Shown one piece after another: positions 27,454 to 32,000 of a DNA stretch of 32,000 bases. Source of the stretch: Pirellula staleyi DSM 6068 (GTDB taxonomy: Bacteria > Planctomycetota > Planctomycetia > Pirellulales > Pirellulaceae); NCBI GenBank assembly GCA_000025185.1, contig CP001848.1, forward strand, positions 1,920,001-1,952,000. Reading direction: 5' to 3'. Below the pieces are notes generated by a model. That model saw only the letters and a program-made list of their open reading frames with translations, was not told the origin of the DNA and ran no database searches. Numbering within the stretch: position 1 is the first letter of the stretch; each line of letters begins with the position of its first letter. A program made the translations under genes and the position numbers.

Positions 27454-29379
27454 TTACGCGGCACGTCCATCGCCAGTTTTCGACGTGTTTTGCGTCATCA
27501 GCGACACAACGATTAGGACGAGAAATCCGAGCGGAATGGTCACGATGGCCGGCTGGCTAAACGGTGCCCAAGCTTGCTCGACTGGCAGTTGGTAGATGTC
27601 TTTGAAGGCTTGCTGGCTGAGGAGAATCCAGCCGAGCGAAGCGATCATTCCGACAAAAATTGCCGCCGTAATTCCTTGTCGTGTCGTTCGCTTCCAGAAC
27701 AGCAACATGACGAGCGATGGGAGGTTGGCCGAAGCGGCGACGTTGAACGCCCAGCCTACGAGAAACGTGACGTTAAAGTTCTCGAACACAATGCCGAGTG
27801 CCATTGCCAGAACGCCGACAACCACAGCGGCAACCTTTCCCGCTCTCACTTTTTGTTCGTCGGTAAGATCCATCCGCAAGCAGTTGGTCATCAAGTCGTG
27901 TGCGACGGCGCCGCTGGCCGCGAGGATCAAGCCACTCACAGTTCCCAGCACCGTCGTAAATGCAATCGCCGAGATCACAGCAAACGGCAACTCGCCGAAA
28001 CTGCGCGACAGTAGTGGCGCGGTCATGTTCTGGTTCGACGGGTCGATTGTTCCACCGGTCATCGCTCCGAGCCCGAGGTACATCGTGAGGATGTAGAAGA
28101 AGCCGATCGTGGCGATGCCGACCACGGTGCTCTTCCGCGCTGCCGACTGATCCTTCACCGTGTAGTAACGAATCAAAATGTGGGGGAGCGAAGCGGTGCC
28201 GCAAAACAGGGCGAGCATCAGCGACCAGAAGTCGAGCTTGGCTGCGATGGTGTTGCCACGAACACTGGCGAACGTGGGACTAGCGCCGGGTGTCAGCAAG
28301 TCGTTGCCGCGCAGAATCACTGGGTAGTAGATCTTCATTTTTCCAGAAGGATCGGCCACATCTTGGGAGCGATACACCACGATGTCGCTCTGGTCGATGG
28401 TCGCAAAGTAGTTGAGTGGGCCAATCGGTCCAGACTTGTTGACTTCACCCGGCAAGCGAAAGACTTCGCCTACAGGACGGAGATCGGCCTGCCCTTCTCC
28501 CTTCCCCTGAGGCAGCCCACCGACAAAACTTTTGCCGTCGATCTGCTGCACGTACTGCGCGGCTGCATAGGTGTTTTCGGGACGATCGAGCTTGCGGTAG
28601 ATCGTCATCAGATTCGTCGAGGTATCTCGAAAGCGAACGTACGGAAGATCACTCCAGACACCCTCGGCGGCGATCGGTTCGAGTGAGGATTGACTTTGGA
28701 GTTCTTCGAGCGTGAGGGGTGTCGTTTTGACGAAATCTTTCGGCTTACCCTCGGTGGTTGTGGTGAGGCCTCGGTTGAGGATCATCACCGTCAAGATCGC
28801 GCAGAAGACGACTAGCATCGCCCCCTTGATGAACTGAACCCACGTGGTGCTCACCATGCCGGCAGTGACAACAATCAGCACCACCACAAAGCCGACCGCC
28901 AGCACACCTTGCCAGTGGTCGAAACCAAGGAGCGGCTTCACGAGGGTACCAGCGCCAACCATTTGCGGAATCAGATAGAAAAGGCTGACCACCAGGGTGC
29001 TGATGGCAGCGGCCAGTTTCACGCCGCGGCTTTGATACTTGGCATCGAGCGCGTCGGCGAAAGTGAATTTGCCGAGATGCTTGAGCGGTTCGGCAATCAC
29101 CAGCAGCGCGACGATCCACCCGGCGAGGTATCCGATGGAGTACAAGAATCCATCGTAGCCATAAAAGGCGATCATGCCGCAGATGCCGAGGAACGACGCT
29201 GCCGAGAGATAGTCTCCGGCAAAGGCGACGCCATTAACGAGCCATGGAATTTCGCCATGCGCGGCGAAATAACCTTGCGCACTTTTGGCGCGCGAGCCCA
29301 GATAGAACGAGAATCCAAGAACGCCGAGCACGAAAACTGCAAAGACGGCGGCGGCAGCGAGTGAAGGTTCGTAGATCAC
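27454..29379 (-). CDS. sodium:solute symporter family, cation/acetate symporter ActP-like, with a large loop insertion
   Basis: It is collinear with ActP (NGVAFAGDYLSAASFLGI, YDGFLYSIGYLAGW, QMVGAG, GTASLPHILIRYYTV). The GTG start overlaps the DUF485 stop (GTGA). An extra hydrophilic segment of about 180 aa spans residues 202..383. Confidence 0.9.
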   Translation of the reverse strand: MIYEPSLAAAAVFAVFVLGVLGFSFYLGSRAKSAQGYFAAHGEIPWLVNGVAFAGDYLSAASFLGICGMIAFYGYDGFLYSIGYLAGWIVALLVIAEPLKHLGKFTFADALDAKYQSRGVKLAAAISTLVVSLFYLIPQMVGAGTLVKPLLGFDHWQGVLAVGFVVVLIVVTAGMVSTTWVQFIKGAMLVVFCAILTVMILNRGLTTTTEGKPKDFVKTTPLTLEELQSQSSLEPIAAEGVWSDLPYVRFRDTSTNLMTIYRKLDRPENTYAAAQYVQQIDGKSFVGGLPQGKGEGQADLRPVGEVFRLPGEVNKSGPIGPLNYFATIDQSDIVVYRSQDVADPSGKMKIYYPVILRGNDLLTPGASPTFASVRGNTIAAKLDFWSLMLALFCGTASLPHILIRYYTVKDQSAARKSTVVGIATIGFFYILTMYLGLGAMTGGTIDPSNQNMTAPLLSRSFGELPFAVISAIAFTTVLGTVSGLILAASGAVAHDLMTNCLRMDLTDEQKVRAGKVAAVVVGVLAMALGIVFENFNVTFLVGWAFNVAASANLPSLVMLLFWKRTTRQGITAAIFVGMIASLGWILLSQQAFKDIYQLPVEQAWAPFSQPAIVTIPLGFLVLIVVSLMTQNTSKTGDGRAA

Positions 29380-29681
29380 TTGGCAGCCTCCTTGCGACGA
29401 GCGTCAGCGGCTCGTTCATCGGCAGGCTTACCAGCGAACATCATGTAGATGAACGCGACAACGACCGCTCCCAAAATCAGAGCGAGGCCGTAAATGATGG
29501 CCAAGTTCACGCCGCCGAGAATTGGCTGACCCATGGCGCTCGGCCAGAGGCCGCTGAGCACCATGAACCCGGCGTAGAACGAGGTGTAGAGGACAAACAG
29601 GATGGTTGCCAGCGGGTTACCGCCGGTGAGGTCCACTTCGGCGGACTTCGCCTCGGGACCGGGAGAGGAGGATGATTTCAT
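29376..29681 (-). CDS. DUF485 domain-containing membrane protein (YjcH-like ActP partner)
   Basis: It has two hydrophobic helices (ILFVLYTSFYAGFMVL, AIIYGLALILGAVVVAFIYM). It sits immediately upstream of, and overlaps, the symporter gene, which is the classic yjcH-actP arrangement. ATG 29681 is preferred over TTG 29699. Confidence 0.75.
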   Translation of the reverse strand: MKSSSSPGPEAKSAEVDLTGGNPLATILFVLYTSFYAGFMVLSGLWPSAMGQPILGGVNLAIIYGLALILGAVVVAFIYMMFAGKPADERAADARRKEAAK

Positions 29682-29784
29682 AGCGGCAAAGAATAACAAG
29701 CCGCCTGCTGGATGTCACGCGCCACCTGCGATTAATAGATGACGCGTGGGGTCTGTTTCGGCGGCAGAGTTGCCGTGTCGCCGA

Positions 29785-30834
29785 CTAAATCGGCACCGCT
29801 TCAATCAGGCTGTGAGGTTGCGAGGTCGGTGTAATCGAGGTGAGTTCGAATCCGGCCCCCGCGAGGAGTACGCGGTATTCGTCTTCCGTCCGTTCCTTGC
29901 CATCACAAATCACCATCATCTCGAGGTCGAGCAAGTTGGCAAATGAGGGGGCGAAATTGGGTGGAACCACGATTTCGACTAGCATCAGCCGACCCTGAGG
30001 ACCAATCGCTTCGCGGCAGGACTTCAAAATGGCCGTTGCTTTTTCGTCGTTCCAGTCGTGAATGATGTGCTTCAGGAGGTAGAGATCGCCCCCGGTCGGA
30101 ACGCTCGCGAAGAAGTTGCCAGCAGCGGTCGATAGCCTGTCGGAGAGTCCGCTGGACTGAATCGCGGAAGCTGCACCCTCGACAACCGACGGCGCATCGA
30201 ACACGATCCCACGGACATTTTTATGTTTTTGCAAAATTGCGGTCAGAATCGCCCCGTGGCCACCACCCACGTCGATGATGGTCCCGAACGGGGAGAAGTC
30301 GTAGGCTTCGAGCATGGCGCTGGCAGCTCGCTCGGAAAAGCCAGTCATCCCTTCATTGAAGGTCGCTGCTTCTTCGGGATGTTTACCGAGGTAGTCGAAC
30401 ACCCCTTCGCCAAACATGCGATCAAATACAGGTTGTCCCGACTTCACCGATGCGGCGAGTTCGCCCCACGGTTTCCAGCTCCAGGGATCGCAAACGTAGG
30501 TGGCGATAGGGCGCATCGAGCCGGGAACGTCACTCCGTAGCATCTCTCCGAGTGAAGTGAGCGCGAAACGAGCTTCGTGATCAGCGGTAAGCACATTCAC
30601 CCCCACGAGCGCGCGAAGCACGCGGTAGAGATGACCTGCGTGGAGCCCAGTTGCTTCGGCGATCTCGACCGCTGTCATTGGTCCCTTGGCCAGCAAGTCG
30701 GCAATGCGATACCGCGCGACCACCGAAATGGCCTGCGTGATTGCCTTGCCAAAAATCATCTGCATCATCAGCGCTTCAGGTGGTGGTCCTGAAGGAGCAT
30801 CACCCGTCAATCGCGAGTCAACTTCCTGCGTCAT
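29785..30834 (-). CDS. class I SAM-dependent O-methyltransferase (Methyltransf_2 type with N-terminal dimerisation/winged-helix region)
   Basis: It has SAM motif I (IIDVGGGHG), DAPSVV, DLYLLKHIIHDWNDE and an N-terminal LADLLAKGPMTAVEIAEATG. GAAGGA lies 6 nt upstream of ATG 30834. Confidence 0.85.
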   Translation of the reverse strand: MTQEVDSRLTGDAPSGPPPEALMMQMIFGKAITQAISVVARYRIADLLAKGPMTAVEIAEATGLHAGHLYRVLRALVGVNVLTADHEARFALTSLGEMLRSDVPGSMRPIATYVCDPWSWKPWGELAASVKSGQPVFDRMFGEGVFDYLGKHPEEAATFNEGMTGFSERAASAMLEAYDFSPFGTIIDVGGGHGAILTAILQKHKNVRGIVFDAPSVVEGAASAIQSSGLSDRLSTAAGNFFASVPTGGDLYLLKHIIHDWNDEKATAILKSCREAIGPQGRLMLVEIVVPPNFAPSFANLLDLEMMVICDGKERTEDEYRVLLAGAGFELTSITPTSQPHSLIEAVPI

Positions 30835-30875
30835 TCGACATCCTTCGAGAGTGAAATACGGTCTCCTGGGGGCGA

Positions 30876-30929
30876 TCATTTCGAATATCGAAAAGACCGC
30901 CAGAGGACAACATTTCTACTATATCGAAA
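30876..30929 (-). promoter_or_regulatory. candidate operator/promoter repeats upstream of the O-methyltransferase gene
   Basis: A direct repeat pairs CATTTC..ATATCGAAA(A)G at 30876..30894 with 30910..30929. The first copy contains the palindrome TTTCGA-ATA-TCGAAA (30878..30892). On the minus strand TATAGT and GATATT are -10-like. Confidence 0.3.
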
Positions 30930-30984
30930 GATGTTTGCGACGCAGGTACAGAGGCCGAACACGATGACGATCGAAGCTCCGAAA

Positions 30985-31551
30985 CTACTTCTTGGGTGCT
31001 AGCGCTGGCTTGCTCGAGGTGGCTGCTGTCGCTGCTGTTTCGGTAGTTGCAGCAGCTGCTGCCGCCTTGGGCTTATCCTTCGACTTGAGTTCGGCTGCTC
31101 GCGCTTTTCGCTTGGCCGATGCGTCGGCACGCAGCTTTGTCACTTCGGCAAGTTGCTCGGCGGAGAGAACTGCATCGATCTCGGAATCGCGAGTCGCTTG
31201 CATCGATTTGATCTGAGCAGCTAGAGCATCGATTTTGTCGGCGTACTGCTGCTGGATCTTGTAGATCTCGTCGCGCTGATCTTCGCTCACAATGTCTTTG
31301 AAGTAGGCCGGCAATCTCCCTTTGGGAATGGCTGGCAGTTCGGCTGTCGCTGCTGCCGGCGCTTCGGCCGCCCCCTCTTGAGCCACAAGCACGCTCGTGC
31401 TGCAACAAAACGATGTCACGAACCCGACGGCCACGATCATCATCCCGGCCCAGTGACGAAGCGCCTCGGCTGATCGCTTACGAGCATCAATCGCGGCCGA
31501 ATTAGTTAGCATCGCACCCAGGCCCCCATCCACAGCTTGCAAACCCTTCAT
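30985..31551 (-). CDS. hypothetical exported protein with LTXXQ-like helical motifs and Ala/Lys-rich tail
   Basis: It has a hydrophobic segment (MMIVAVGFVTSFCCSTSVLVA). VSEDQRDEIYKI and LSAEQLAEVTKL resemble Spy/CpxP-type LTXXQ repeats. The C-terminus is low complexity, and the start is uncertain. Confidence 0.4.
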   Translation of the reverse strand: MKGLQAVDGGLGAMLTNSAAIDARKRSAEALRHWAGMMIVAVGFVTSFCCSTSVLVAQEGAAEAPAAATAELPAIPKGRLPAYFKDIVSEDQRDEIYKIQQQYADKIDALAAQIKSMQATRDSEIDAVLSAEQLAEVTKLRADASAKRKARAAELKSKDKPKAAAAAATTETAATAATSSKPALAPKK

Positions 31552-31818
31552 AAGTCACCCATGAATCCCCTGATAGAGCTATGAAAAACACCATGGCTAA
31601 TTTAATGCTACTTGTGAGGGGTATTGCAACTCCATTCTGGGAAATCTCGTGGTTTTTTCGAAGAAAGCTGTAAGCAGAGTCTTGCAAATACATTGCGGCG
31701 AATCGTTCGCATCCACGAGGCCAGCAGTGATGGGCGAGGTGCTAAGATAGGCTGCGATGCTTCCCTGCAGCGTTTCTGATTGAACGTTCTAAAACTCTCG
31801 CTCTTTCGGCCCAATACC

Positions 31819-32000
31819 ATGCTTCGGTTTGACTGCGTTATCGAAACCGCACCACTCCCTCGTCGCTATCAAGAGGCGATTGAGCTCGATGGGGTGCGTG
31901 TGGTTCCGGTCGCCAAAGGGGCCGATCAGTCGGCACCGTGGGGAGTCACATTCGATGATGCGGGAGAGCAACTTGCGACGATCGAGCGACTCTATTTTGA
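31819..32000 (+). CDS. hypothetical protein, 3'-truncated by the window edge
   Basis: ATG 31819 opens a frame with no stop to the end of the window (MLRFDCVIETAPLPRRYQEAIELDGVRVVPVAKGADQ...). Its codon pattern resembles neighbouring genes more than the opposing ORF 31789..31971 does. It is absent from the ORF track because no stop is reached. Confidence 0.3.
   Translation, partial: MLRFDCVIETAPLPRRYQEAIELDGVRVVPVAKGADQSAPWGVTFDDAGEQLATIERLYF

Noticed and set aside
29844-29853. GTTCGAATCC, a tRNA T-loop-like string.
   Set aside because: The flanking bases do not form a T-stem or acceptor stem. The site lies inside the well-supported O-methyltransferase CDS, encoding ...GFELTS... on the minus strand.
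1-32000. I looked for CRISPR arrays, IS elements/terminal inverted repeats with transposase, integrases, tRNA/rRNA genes and phage modules.
   Set aside because: I saw no regularly spaced direct repeats, no transposase- or integrase-like translation in the ORF track, and no tRNA- or rRNA-like sequence. Their absence is by visual inspection only.

Overview
This 32-kb window looks like chromosomal DNA from a Planctomycetota genome of the Pirellulales type. The assignment is an inference from gene content: two prepilin-type/DUF1559/H-X9-DG genes, a membrane-anchored LRR protein, many small lipoproteins, and moderately high GC. Housekeeping genes are metH (5' end cut by the window edge), carB and infC. 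Other calls with family-level support are a TerC-family membrane protein, two xylose-isomerase-like TIM-barrel proteins, two SAM methyltransferases, an esterase-type alpha/beta hydrolase, a tandem pair of transglutaminase-like proteins, a DUF900-like hydrolase followed by a class IV aminotransferase, a DUF485 plus ActP-like symporter pair, and a DUF1294 protein. I found no rRNA, tRNA, CRISPR array, transposase, integrase or phage genes. No recognisable multi-gene defence or biosynthetic system is present. The least-explained region is a roughly 280-nt orphan minus-strand unit at 20417..20700. It carries a near-perfect extended Shine-Dalgarno, two overlapping Cys-rich micro-ORFs, internal repeats and hairpins, and its own intrinsic terminator. 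Secondary items are a transglutaminase-like pair in which one copy has lost the Cys and His positions, a cell-envelope island of inverted DUF1559 modules around paralogous lipoproteins, a large loop insertion in the ActP-like symporter, and an ORF split by a single in-frame TGA. All calls come from reading the translations and DNA by eye; no database search was run.
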